A stretch of DNA of 64,000 nt, from the IMG/VR virus record IMGVR_UViG_3300021479_000010, positions 1-64,000 of that record; one strand, written 5' to 3'. This DNA is from a virus. The notes under the pieces were generated by a model, which was given only the letters and a program-made list of their open reading frames with translations, did no database searches and was not told the DNA's origin. Of this stretch, positions 20,970-30,456 are shown one piece after another (within the stretch, counting starts at the first letter, position 1; each line of letters starts with the position of its first letter). Made by a program: the position numbers and the translations under genes.

Positions 20970-21109
20970 ACTTAGTGCTTAAATATACTATACCATATTA
21001 CGAATACCAGAATGGGCATACATGGCACGTGGAAATTTCTTATTGTTCCTATTATGCTGAATAGGGAATTCTGATAATTCCTTAGATATTTTACATTGTT
21101 TGCATATTT

Positions 21110-22132
21110 TCACTTGCAAAATTCCAATAATTTCCCTTCTTTCTGCGCGGCATCCAGTTTCATAAGAACTTCTTCCCACTCTCTCTTTTTAAGCGATCCC
21201 GTCTTGATATCGGGGTTTCCCGTTTCTTTAGCGATGAACTTTTTCATATTCTCAGAACCCGTTGTTTTGATATGCTCTTTGAGACGCTTCAGGAAATCAT
21301 TATATTCGACCGTGTTTGGTTTATCACCGATTATTGCTGGAATATCATTATCGTTTGCAATAGTTTCGGGCGGTTCGGTTGGTGCTGGAGCAGAGGAAGC
21401 TCGCAGATCGTTGTCGAATGGTTTGGCAACGGACCCCGCTTTATTTTGCTCCTGTAGAGCGGATTCCCCAACGCCCGAAGTTTTAGAATTTGCGGGGCGA
21501 CCCCGCTTCCCCGCTTCAAATTTGCCGCTAGCGCTCTGCGTTGCTTGTTCCGAAGCGGCCAATTGCTGGCGAGCCGCGTGTCCAGATGCGGACTTGGTTT
21601 CCTTTGTCTCCCCCGCATCGGTCGGCCCATCGACATCTTCATCCGCAGAAATTGCTAGCATACTGGACAGGGAATATCTTTTGGCATAACTGATGTACGT
21701 GCCCATTTCTTGTGGCTTGGTTGTACCATCTGGGACGAATATGCCGTCATCCTGCTGTACTTCATCTTGAAACTGAAGGCGAGTAGTAACGTAGAGCTTA
21801 CCATCTTTACGAACAAGAGGTTGGGTCAAAGCGATACCCTGCTTTGCAAGTAGAGGAAGCGCCATATTCAGAAGATCGGCCAAATCAGCGTATTTATATT
21901 CATATTCGTATTGGCGACCGTTCTTCTCGCCCCGTACCTTGGCTGTTTTAGACTTATTGACAGTTTTGAATTCGGATTGCGCTTTGGCCAGTGCCTCGGC
22001 GAGTTTTCCAGTTGTTTTCGCTGGCCACTGGTTCGGCCATTGATATCCGCCAATAGAACCATTTCCTGGAATGGAGTTGGTTCCCGTAGGAATATCAAAA
22101 GAAGTATTAATCTGATTTAAAGCAGTGCTCAT
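21110..22132 (-). CDS. ERF-family ssDNA annealing protein
   Basis: LAEALAKAQSEF..YKYADL..GTYISYAKRYSLSSMLAISADEDVDG. Confidence 0.85.
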   Translation of the reverse strand: MSTALNQINTSFDIPTGTNSIPGNGSIGGYQWPNQWPAKTTGKLAEALAKAQSEFKTVNKSKTAKVRGEKNGRQYEYEYKYADLADLLNMALPLLAKQGIALTQPLVRKDGKLYVTTRLQFQDEVQQDDGIFVPDGTTKPQEMGTYISYAKRYSLSSMLAISADEDVDGPTDAGETKETKSASGHAARQQLAASEQATQSASGKFEAGKRGRPANSKTSGVGESALQEQNKAGSVAKPFDNDLRASSAPAPTEPPETIANDNDIPAIIGDKPNTVEYNDFLKRLKEHIKTTGSENMKKFIAKETGNPDIKTGSLKKREWEEVLMKLDAAQKEGKLLEFCK

Positions 22133-22650
22133 TGAATGTGCTCCCATGATTGACCAACGATAGCGCGGTATGCGGTCATAGTAGAAACCCCGTATTTTTC
22201 ACCAATCTTTTTATAGGATAGACTGCGCGGTTCTGCCCGCATCTGCCTAACTAGTTCTTCGGTTAATTTAGAGACAGGATTATCTTCTCCGAACCTATAG
22301 AGCGGATTCATGCGGTCTTTTTTCGCCGCATCTTTCATATTATCGTCTTGTGTTCCCAGAAATAAATGATCAGGATTTACGCAGGCTGGATTGTCACATT
22401 TATGTAGAACGAAATTTCCTTTAGGTATTTCTCCGTGTACTAAAAACCAAGAAACTCTATGTGCTTTCCGATTATACCCCCTAAACCAAATAGTACCATA
22501 TTCCTGCGTGGTAGACCCAATCCACAACCAACAGCCGCTCATTGGTTCTGGACTTACCTTTTTCCAGAATCTTTTTTCTATGGGAATACGCGGCTTAACA
22601 CCGTCATCTTCCATAGACCTAATTCGTGTGTAGGCAATGCTTTCAATCAT
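22129..22650 (-). CDS. HNH homing endonuclease
   Basis: CWLWIG..YG..AHRVSW..VLHKCDNPACVNPDHLFLGTQDDNMKD, C-terminal HTH. Confidence 0.9.
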   Translation of the reverse strand: MIESIAYTRIRSMEDDGVKPRIPIEKRFWKKVSPEPMSGCWLWIGSTTQEYGTIWFRGYNRKAHRVSWFLVHGEIPKGNFVLHKCDNPACVNPDHLFLGTQDDNMKDAAKKDRMNPLYRFGEDNPVSKLTEELVRQMRAEPRSLSYKKIGEKYGVSTMTAYRAIVGQSWEHIQ

Positions 22651-22740
22651 TTGTTAAGAAATAGGGTTAGGCCGGTTGGAGGTCCAGCCTAACCCCGATA
22701 CGGGGTGACGCGCCCCGCAGCCTGACTTCACGTTAAAGGA

Positions 22741-22769
22741 ATTATACGCGGCTCCCCGCAATTTGTCAA
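22741..22769 (-). promoter_or_regulatory. consensus sigma70-type promoter
   Basis: TTGACA-17-TATAAT; the spacer contains TGCGGGG. Confidence 0.75.
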
Positions 22770-24577
22770 CCTACATTTCGCCTTTACAGAGGCATTTCAT
22801 TCTGTATCCAGCCATCTATCAAAACGATCAAGACCTTGACAAAATTTATCCATAAACCACCATACAAACAGCACGAATGGCACTACGAACCATCCGCCCA
22901 ATGCGAGTGCTATCACCATAGCAATTTTGCGTTTGCGGGTCGATCTGCGCCAAATGTATACAAAATCCTTCATTTCGGTTTAATCGGGTTAGACAATAAA
23001 GTTTCTAGTGATTGTCCGCAAATCCGCCAGCCCAATCATCCGGGGAATTGACCCAATCTTTCTCGGCTTTTGCAGGCTGCACCTTTTCCCGTTCACATTC
23101 GTAACAGATTTCAAATCCGCTTCGCATGTCGTAATGCAGCTCATTTCCATGTACCAGACAACGATCTCCTTGCATCGGGTTCTTCTCCTTCCCCGCCATC
23201 CGCGACGGCCTTGTCGTATTCCTGAGATGCTTGTTGTTCTAAAGGACTGGGCAGAACAGATTGACAAATGTTGTCGATGCGGATAAGCGCGTCGTTTGCA
23301 TTTTCTCCATCCCCGACCTCTTCCTCTCCAGAAGCATATCTACGAATCTGTTCCAGTGCCGCGAGCAACGTTTCTTTCTCAGAAAGTGACCCATCTTTTC
23401 TGGGCATTGTTGCCTCCAATCTTGAATAAAGTCTTCAGGGCTCGCGAACTGAATAAAAGGCTATCCATTCCGCAAATGCTTTTGCAGCTCTAGCCCATGT
23501 TGCGGCTGAAACGTTTGCCTTATACGGCCTGAATTTCCTGTTGGCCGTGTTCGCTCGAATCCAAGTGACAAGCCAATCCTGTACTTCATTGGTAGTCAAG
23601 TTACAATATGCCATTACTCCTCCTCAACTAATGGCGTTTTGTAATACACGCCATCAATCCACTTTGCAATCGCTTCCTGCTGTCCGTATGCCGCTAGTGC
23701 GCTGGCATAGGCTATCCAGTCAAACGGGTTATCCGTATCCGGACAAATTGGACACTTAATATTGTTTTTCATATTAGCAACCAAAGCAGTCCTCGCAACA
23801 ATCATCGTGACAGTGACTCGCGGCGAACGCTCCTCGTGCTCTAGCCTCAACATCTGCTTTATAGCAATCTGAATGTCGATTGCAGCCGGGGCGACGATTT
23901 CCATTCTCGTCTATACCCCGATTTGTGCGCGTTTTTATCGCCTTCTGCCCCAACCCCAAACGATATGCTGTCTCCAATGTTTCAATCATGCTGATCTCAG
24001 TCTGCCCTGTCCATTCTGAATAGAGCTGCTCGATTACATCTGAGATTGTGAAATGGCTTTGAAGTAGCTGTGGCATATGAAACTCCTTTAATCAGGGAAC
24101 TTAACTAAGTATCCAGCCAATTGTCGAAACGATCTAGGTTGCTAGATACAGTATCCATTAGCCACCACTGAAATTCAACCAATAGGATTACGGGCCATCC
24201 GATAATCAGCGCCACAATCATAGCAATTTTCCGCTTGTGTGTCGCGCCTTGCCAAATCTCTAGAAACGTCCTGATCATTTCGGATCAGCATGCTCGGCAA
24301 GATGTGCGTCGAACTCTTCGCCGACTTTCTGCCACGTTCGGCACCCTCGCGTGCTTACCCAACCGCACAAACATTCCATCCACGGGCAAACATGCCCGAG
24401 CAGCGCGTGTCCCAGATTATCATAAGCAGCTTCATGTGGTCCGTGCGCTTGCGCGATAATTTCCTTGATATGCGCCATAAAAACCTATTTAAGTGATGTT
24501 ATTAAAGCAATCTCGGTCTTCGCCCTACTTATGAATCCTCGCGATGCCAACTTTCATCTAATGAGAATATAGCACCA

Positions 24578-25270
24578 ATGTCTGCATTGTCAAGAGGTAC
24601 AATGGGAAAAAATGGGCTGCGAAAAATTAATGCATGGGCCTGCCGCCATACGGATCGGCTCCAACACTCCAGAGGAATGTGCAAAAATTGCTATAGCACT
24701 TCTATGCGAAAATCGCCTACTAAAATTCGGGCGTGGAAGTGCGAGCACAGAGATAGACCACACCATGCTAAGGGCTTGTGCGAGGCTTGCTACTGCCAAC
24801 GGGAAACTAACAAAAGAGCTTGGAAATGTGATCACATAGATCAGCCACACGCCGCTCATGGCCTGTGCCAGCATTGCTACGATAAACACCGCAAGGCTAA
24901 ACAGAAGAAATGGCGCGATACAAAAGGACCGGACCATGTTCGTCGCATATACAGAAAGAGCTACTATAAAAATTATTATAAAATGACAATGGAGCAATTC
25001 GAAGAACTTTTTGCCAGACAAGATGGCAAGTGTGCGGGATGCCGCTATATTTTTCGCGACTCTAATGACGAATTGATATGCATTGACCACGATCACGCCT
25101 GTTGCTCCAACGGAAAGAAAACATGTGGTAAGTGTGTTCGGGGGATTCTATGCGATCTTTGCAATCGAATTTTAGGGCAGGGAAAGGATGTGCCAGAAAC
25201 CCTAGAATCTTTAGCTAGATATTTGCGCAATTGGTCTTCTCTCAGAGAACTCGAAGAGCTATTCATATAA
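24578..25270 (+). CDS. endonuclease VII-family protein with three N-terminal Zn-type repeats
   Basis: AW.C.H.D..H...G.C..CY three times; QDGKCAGC..IDHDHACC..CGKCVRGILCDLCN. Confidence 0.85.
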   Translation: MSALSRGTMGKNGLRKINAWACRHTDRLQHSRGMCKNCYSTSMRKSPTKIRAWKCEHRDRPHHAKGLCEACYCQRETNKRAWKCDHIDQPHAAHGLCQHCYDKHRKAKQKKWRDTKGPDHVRRIYRKSYYKNYYKMTMEQFEELFARQDGKCAGCRYIFRDSNDELICIDHDHACCSNGKKTCGKCVRGILCDLCNRILGQGKDVPETLESLARYLRNWSSLRELEELFI

Positions 25271-26120
25271 CATCTTTGCATACTTGTCAATGTATGAAAC
25301 ATCTGCGTTATCAACAACTTGCGCATAGGTGCCCAAAGTAAGACTTTTGCAGGCGTGGCCGACCCGGTAGGCCAGAATTTTCTCTGGTATGCATACCTGA
25401 GACGCTAGGGTTGTTATACAGCCTCTGCGCCAAGCGTGGAACCCGACAGGTTGGACTCCGAGTGAAATCATTACAGGGTCCAATGCCCGCCTACATTCCG
25501 TGGGCCCACCAGGGGCCTCCGGATCGTGTCTTAAAGAAAAATCCCTCCGAGGAGCATCCACGCAACATTTCTCTTAATTGATTGGATACATAAATATCTC
25601 GAAACGCCGAGGATGTCTTAGGGTCTTGGCAATTTCCAAGATACACGCTCTTATTAATCGAGAGTGTTTGCTCCTTTATATCGTTTACTTTTAATGCTAG
25701 GATTTCTCCTATCCTTGCGCCTGTCTCTGCCAACGTTGCCGTAAAAGCTTTCTGTCGATGATCTGCGCATCCCTTGATAACAGTGCGCATTTGGTCAAGA
25801 GTTAGCCAGTCCTGTTGAGTCTTCCTAATCTTTGGCAGTACGGGTGTGGGAAACTCTTTGATCAATCCTTCCCGCTTAGCCTGCCCTAGCAAATTACGGA
25901 GCGTGCCGTGGATATTCTTAACACTGCGGGGCTGTTGTTCTTTTGCGAGGTCGGAAAACACCTGCTGGAGTTGCGCATACGTGATGTCCACAAGCGGACA
26001 ACTACCCAGCCGCGCATTTAGCAAACGGATATGGCTACCCATTGTTGCTTGACTTGCCCTCTTTTTCAGTGGCAAAATCGTTTCTTTCCAACGAGTTGCG
26101 AACTGTTCGAAGGTTTCCAT
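25259..26120 (-). pseudogene. int: tyrosine integrase split by a one-base frameshift near 25505
   Basis: 5' ORF has ETGARIGEILAL and PKT; 3' ORF has FHAWRR, VGH and TYAQ. Removing one G from TGG TGG GCC joins them as WWPTECRRAL. Confidence 0.85.
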
Positions 26121-26126
26121 ACCCGA

Positions 26127-26154
26127 ATATTACCACAAACTAATTTAATGTCAA
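26127..26154 (-). promoter_or_regulatory. promoter for a probably leaderless integrase mRNA
   Basis: TTGACA-16-TAATAT with extended TG, 6 nt before the ATG, no RBS. Confidence 0.55.
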
Positions 26155-26588
26155 GAGAAATCTTTCTCAAATTGCGCGGATTATCGTATTGTAAAAACAT
26201 TCGTGATCCTGCGATACCAGAAATCTTCGGCATTCGCACATCCTCGTTATTTCACAATACGTGCAAATCCACCGATCTTCGTTGGCGTAGTGATATCGCC
26301 ATCGCCCGCAATGTGGACAGAACGTATCGGGGTGCCATACGTATTTCATTCTAATGTAATCCAGCTACTTAATAAAGTTCTTAGCTTTGGCTTCCTCTTC
26401 GGTCATCCAGATTTCCCGCTGCCATCCGTATGGCAATTCGAGGTCAAGAGTCACGAAAGGAACTTTGCCACCGTAGAGGGATAGATCAATCGCTTCCCAC
26501 GGGCCGTTCCCGATCTTGCGTTGCCCGCTCGTGGGTGTCCAGCGTTCCAAAACTAGGATTGTATTCTTCATTGATTGCTTCGATTAAA

Positions 26589-27233
26589 CTAGTCGCCCCG
26601 CAATTTTTCCAGTTCGGCAATGCGGGAGCGCCTTTTTCGAATTGCTTCGAGCTTGGCCAGCGCCCGATCCGGTAGCTCATCTTTGGCCTTCAGTGTTTCC
26701 GTGAGCGCGGCGATCTCCGTACGAAGGGAGTGCTCATCTACAGCCCATTGTTTATGTACATCCTTTAGTTCCTCTCGCAGCGCGGCGATCTCGTGTCGGA
26801 GCGAGGCGGCGATTTTTGCAAGTGCTTCTCGAACGTTGGCGCGAAATGTAACTTGTTCATTGTTCAGCTCAGCGCAAATGTACCACCCTGCTTCGGCCTC
26901 GACTCGTTGGAGTAATTCGTGATCTTCTGGCGCTGCGGACACGAGCTGCTCGGGAGCGGCGCTTAGGGTGGGGCATGACCCATGGTGTGCCCCTTTCTTG
27001 GTTCGGTAAAACGTCTGTCCTCGCTGAATAAGGCCGCGACACTTAGTACAAAGCATCAGGCTTGGTCCCCTCTCAGGCCGTAGGAGTTTCCCATCTTCAT
27101 CTCTCTCATCCATTCTTACTGTTTCAGGCTCCGGCGCTGGCGGCTGCGGAGTGGAGTGCCCCGGATCAGGGCGATTAATCTGTGATTGCAACTCAGCCAT
27201 TTCTTTTTTGTTCATTCCTTGCGGATGGTTCAC
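26589..27233 (-). CDS. hypothetical protein with Zn finger and coiled coil
   Basis: CTKC..HGSC; repeated LR.EIAAL; strong GGAGG RBS. Confidence 0.55.
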   Translation of the reverse strand: MNHPQGMNKKEMAELQSQINRPDPGHSTPQPPAPEPETVRMDERDEDGKLLRPERGPSLMLCTKCRGLIQRGQTFYRTKKGAHHGSCPTLSAAPEQLVSAAPEDHELLQRVEAEAGWYICAELNNEQVTFRANVREALAKIAASLRHEIAALREELKDVHKQWAVDEHSLRTEIAALTETLKAKDELPDRALAKLEAIRKRRSRIAELEKLRGD

Positions 27234-27266
27234 TGCTCCTCCTCCTCCTCCGTGGCATCGGGCCGA

Positions 27267-29060
27267 TCACTGACACCGTTTCAACTGCCCTCCGCTAGTT
27301 GTGGCGAATTCTTTCCGCTGCCGCGCAATCGTGCAGGACAGCAGCCCAGTGTTCGGGTCGGTTGAATAGAACTGAAGAAAGCGAGTCGTTCCGGCAATAT
27401 GCGCACCGGTATCCGGGTCAATATAATCCAGCCCTCTTGACTTGATGTTATTGGCCAGCTTACCCACGATCAAAGCATCGCTACAATCAGGCTCCAATTC
27501 GTAACCGCATACGGTCTGTATATCGGGGATTACGCCCTCCTGATACCAAGTGCCACCTACCCCGTATGGATGAAGGCACGTCGCTGCGGTTCCAATTGCG
27601 CACATGTTTACATTCATCGCCCCCGCGCCCTCCCCGCTCCATCCGAGGTCGATTGGTCCCGTGTTCCCAAACAAACCGTGCGGAACAATTATTTTCTTAA
27701 CGTTATACCAGGTAAATGACGATCCATCATAGGATTGATAGTCGATGGAAATCTGGCCAAGGCCGTTCAGCTTGCAGCTTTGCGTCGTGCCGCTTGAATG
27801 CGGGGTTGTACACGTGGGCGGCGGCGGAGGTGGAGGCGTAAGTACACCCGCAATCGGGCACAGCACATACGCATCGTAAGTGATGTTGCAAGACGGATCA
27901 TTTGGGTCCGAATAAAACGGCGAGCACTTCGCGGTCAGGTCTGTCGCGGTTATACCGAACGTGTTATTCGCAGGCCGAGACTGGTTCGATTGTGTTCCGC
28001 ATCCTGCGCATAGTCCACCATGCGGCCAGTTAACCTGCGCATAGGCTGTGTGATTGATGTATCCAGGGCACGTAGCCGTAGGGCACTGGTCATCTGCGCC
28101 CTCAACCGCCATCGTAATCGACATGCCAGTGAGGTTAAGTGCATTGATCTGCCCTGCCGTTGATCCCGTGCCAGGAACGAGAGCGAAAATTGTATCCTGG
28201 TCGCCCGCTACCATCGTGCCGACTTGAGATAGCACAACCCCGCCCGGCTGACTGTACACCGTGTCCCATACCGCATTGGCTTGATCGTACCACTTGACTT
28301 TCGGAGCTAGTCCTCCGCCTGTAACGATAATAAGCATCGCTCCAGTTTCTGTGTTCGTAGTAAACGAACACGCTATCGCACTTGGCCCCTGATGCCCAGA
28401 CGCAGGGAAGGGTTGGAGATACATTGCCTCGAATGCGCTCCCGTTCCAGAGATAAACCTGCCCACCTTTGATCGCACAAGCATGTGTGCCATCAGATACC
28501 GCTCCAGCTGTCCATCCTGTGCCAATATCCTTGCCGGGCCAACCAGTGGTACTACCATAGCTCCAGAACCATGAATCCCCGCCATTGAAGCTTATCTCCA
28601 ACTGGCCAGTGTTGTCGCTCGCTGAGTACCAATGCGTGGCGCAATTCCCCGCCGTGGTCGGCGCAGTCCCGTGATAAGACCAATAGAACCGATTGGTTCC
28701 AGCGGGGCAACCGGAATCTGCCTTTAGAAATCCGACCATTAAACCATCCGTTGGATCATTCATCATCGTAATTTCTGACCATCCGCAACCGAGAACTGTC
28801 TGCTGTGTCCAGACCTTCGACGCATCCATTGCGAATGACCAGACGCAGCCTTGAGCGGAATCGAGCATATACAAGTCCGAATCAGGTAGGACCGCGAGCG
28901 CTTTCGCTGTCTTGTTCCCTGCGAGCGGAACCCAACAGTCCGCCGCTCCGATGCACTGCGAGGTCACATCCGCGAACGATGCACTGGATGTGATGTTGTA
29001 CGTTGCAGAACAAAGCGAAGCGCAGATACACAGAGCGAGAACAATGATGTACTTCAACAT
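27267..29060 (-). CDS. large exported Cys/Gly/Thr-rich protein (possible beta-propeller N-terminal half)
   Basis: Signal peptide, many Cys, W-rich blade-like segments, poly-Pro linker. Confidence 0.65.
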   Translation of the reverse strand: MLKYIIVLALCICASLCSATYNITSSASFADVTSQCIGAADCWVPLAGNKTAKALAVLPDSDLYMLDSAQGCVWSFAMDASKVWTQQTVLGCGWSEITMMNDPTDGLMVGFLKADSGCPAGTNRFYWSYHGTAPTTAGNCATHWYSASDNTGQLEISFNGGDSWFWSYGSTTGWPGKDIGTGWTAGAVSDGTHACAIKGGQVYLWNGSAFEAMYLQPFPASGHQGPSAIACSFTTNTETGAMLIIVTGGGLAPKVKWYDQANAVWDTVYSQPGGVVLSQVGTMVAGDQDTIFALVPGTGSTAGQINALNLTGMSITMAVEGADDQCPTATCPGYINHTAYAQVNWPHGGLCAGCGTQSNQSRPANNTFGITATDLTAKCSPFYSDPNDPSCNITYDAYVLCPIAGVLTPPPPPPPTCTTPHSSGTTQSCKLNGLGQISIDYQSYDGSSFTWYNVKKIIVPHGLFGNTGPIDLGWSGEGAGAMNVNMCAIGTAATCLHPYGVGGTWYQEGVIPDIQTVCGYELEPDCSDALIVGKLANNIKSRGLDYIDPDTGAHIAGTTRFLQFYSTDPNTGLLSCTIARQRKEFATTSGGQLKRCQ

Positions 29061-29117
29061 AGAGACTCCTTTAGATTGTGCGCGTTGTCGAGTCGCGCCC
29101 CTCGTCCCTGACTTACC

Positions 29118-29996
29118 TTAGTCGTCCCCGCCACCATTCGACACGCCCGTAATCGTAAACCTCGTTGACCACGATGGCAGATTACCCGCATCGGAGTTAA
29201 GCAGAATGCTCAGCGCCGTGTAAGCGTAACCTTGCGGCGATCCGGTTTTAATCGGCGTAGGGCTGTTCGGATCGTAATGCACGGTTACCGTGCAGGTTGA
29301 GCCCGGAGCAGCCCCCTGACACGTATTGCCTGCCAGCGTCCCCGTGCCCGCTCCAACTGTGTAGTAACCGCTCGCAGACGTTGCGATAGCCGCGCTGCCG
29401 ACGTTAAGCGGAAAATCGCCATCGCTTGCCAGCGTAAGAACGAAGTCGAACGGCGCGTCGTTGATCACGTACTGGCAAGCTGTGAATGACGGAAACACAC
29501 CCTGGCAACTCGGCGTAACCGACTGCCAGGTGAAATGCGACGCTGGCGTGTCAATGAAACCGAAGCCATATCGAGCGTAACTCGTTCCTGCGCCGTTATC
29601 GAATCCCGTCGCTGACGGCCCACTCGTTGCGTAGATTTCCTCCAGGCCGCCCCTGTCCAGCGGACTCGGCCTCGTGGCTATAGGAGCAGGAACCGTGCAG
29701 GGCGTGGTTTGCTGAACCGTGTATGGCGTCGAGCTAAGCAGGTTACCTTGCCCATCCCATGTACCTGTAGCACCGCAGAAATACTGCCTCGGCGCACAAG
29801 CACGATTACAGCTCTGCGTAAAATAGGTAATGCTTCCACTGACCGTTCCGTCAGCGTTATACTGATCTCCGATAGAAGTCATGCCCTGTGCACGCGGGAT
29901 GATAGGTAGTTGCAAGCGGTATTCATACGCATGTGCATTGGATAACAAACCGATAGCACACGCAAGGAAGAACAGGATAGTTTGAACTTTTTTCAT
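29118..29996 (-). CDS. exported protein with C-terminal Ig-like domain
   Basis: Signal peptide ending AHA; PLNVGS..NTC..PGSTCTVTVHYDP resembles choice-of-anchor D/ASH Ig domains. Confidence 0.65.
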   Translation of the reverse strand: MKKVQTILFFLACAIGLLSNAHAYEYRLQLPIIPRAQGMTSIGDQYNADGTVSGSITYFTQSCNRACAPRQYFCGATGTWDGQGNLLSSTPYTVQQTTPCTVPAPIATRPSPLDRGGLEEIYATSGPSATGFDNGAGTSYARYGFGFIDTPASHFTWQSVTPSCQGVFPSFTACQYVINDAPFDFVLTLASDGDFPLNVGSAAIATSASGYYTVGAGTGTLAGNTCQGAAPGSTCTVTVHYDPNSPTPIKTGSPQGYAYTALSILLNSDAGNLPSWSTRFTITGVSNGGGDD

Positions 29997-30420
29997 TTGG
30001 CACCTTTCAGGGAGTGGTCAGTTTAGACGAAAATGCCGCGCAAATTAAGGAAGTACAGTCCACGGTTTATTTAATTTCTGATAATCATTCTTGGCTTCAT
30101 CGCTGCCCCACGCGACGTTATCCAAATGGCCGCGTCCGTCGAGATTGTCAAAAAGGAACTGGACGACCTCGGCAAGATCAAGAACATCTGCGCGGGTGCT
30201 GGTATTGAATACGTCTTTAAGTTGTTGGATAGCTTCGGATTTAGTCATATTGCTCCTGATACAAAATTGCCAATCGGACAACCTCTGCTTGTCCAGATTC
30301 GGACAGTTCATCAAAGACTCGCGCCTCGTATTCTGGGTGAAAGAACTTGTATTTTGCAAGACCCATTTCAAACGCCCAAGGCTCTACAACGCCCCGCATA
30401 CTTTCGACTTGCATTGTCTA

Positions 30421-30449
30421 AGGATAGCGCGATTCGGGATATTTGTCAA
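30421..30449 (-). promoter_or_regulatory. sigma70-type promoter downstream of polA
   Basis: TTGACA-17-TATCCT. Confidence 0.55.
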
Positions 30450-30456
30450 GTATTTA

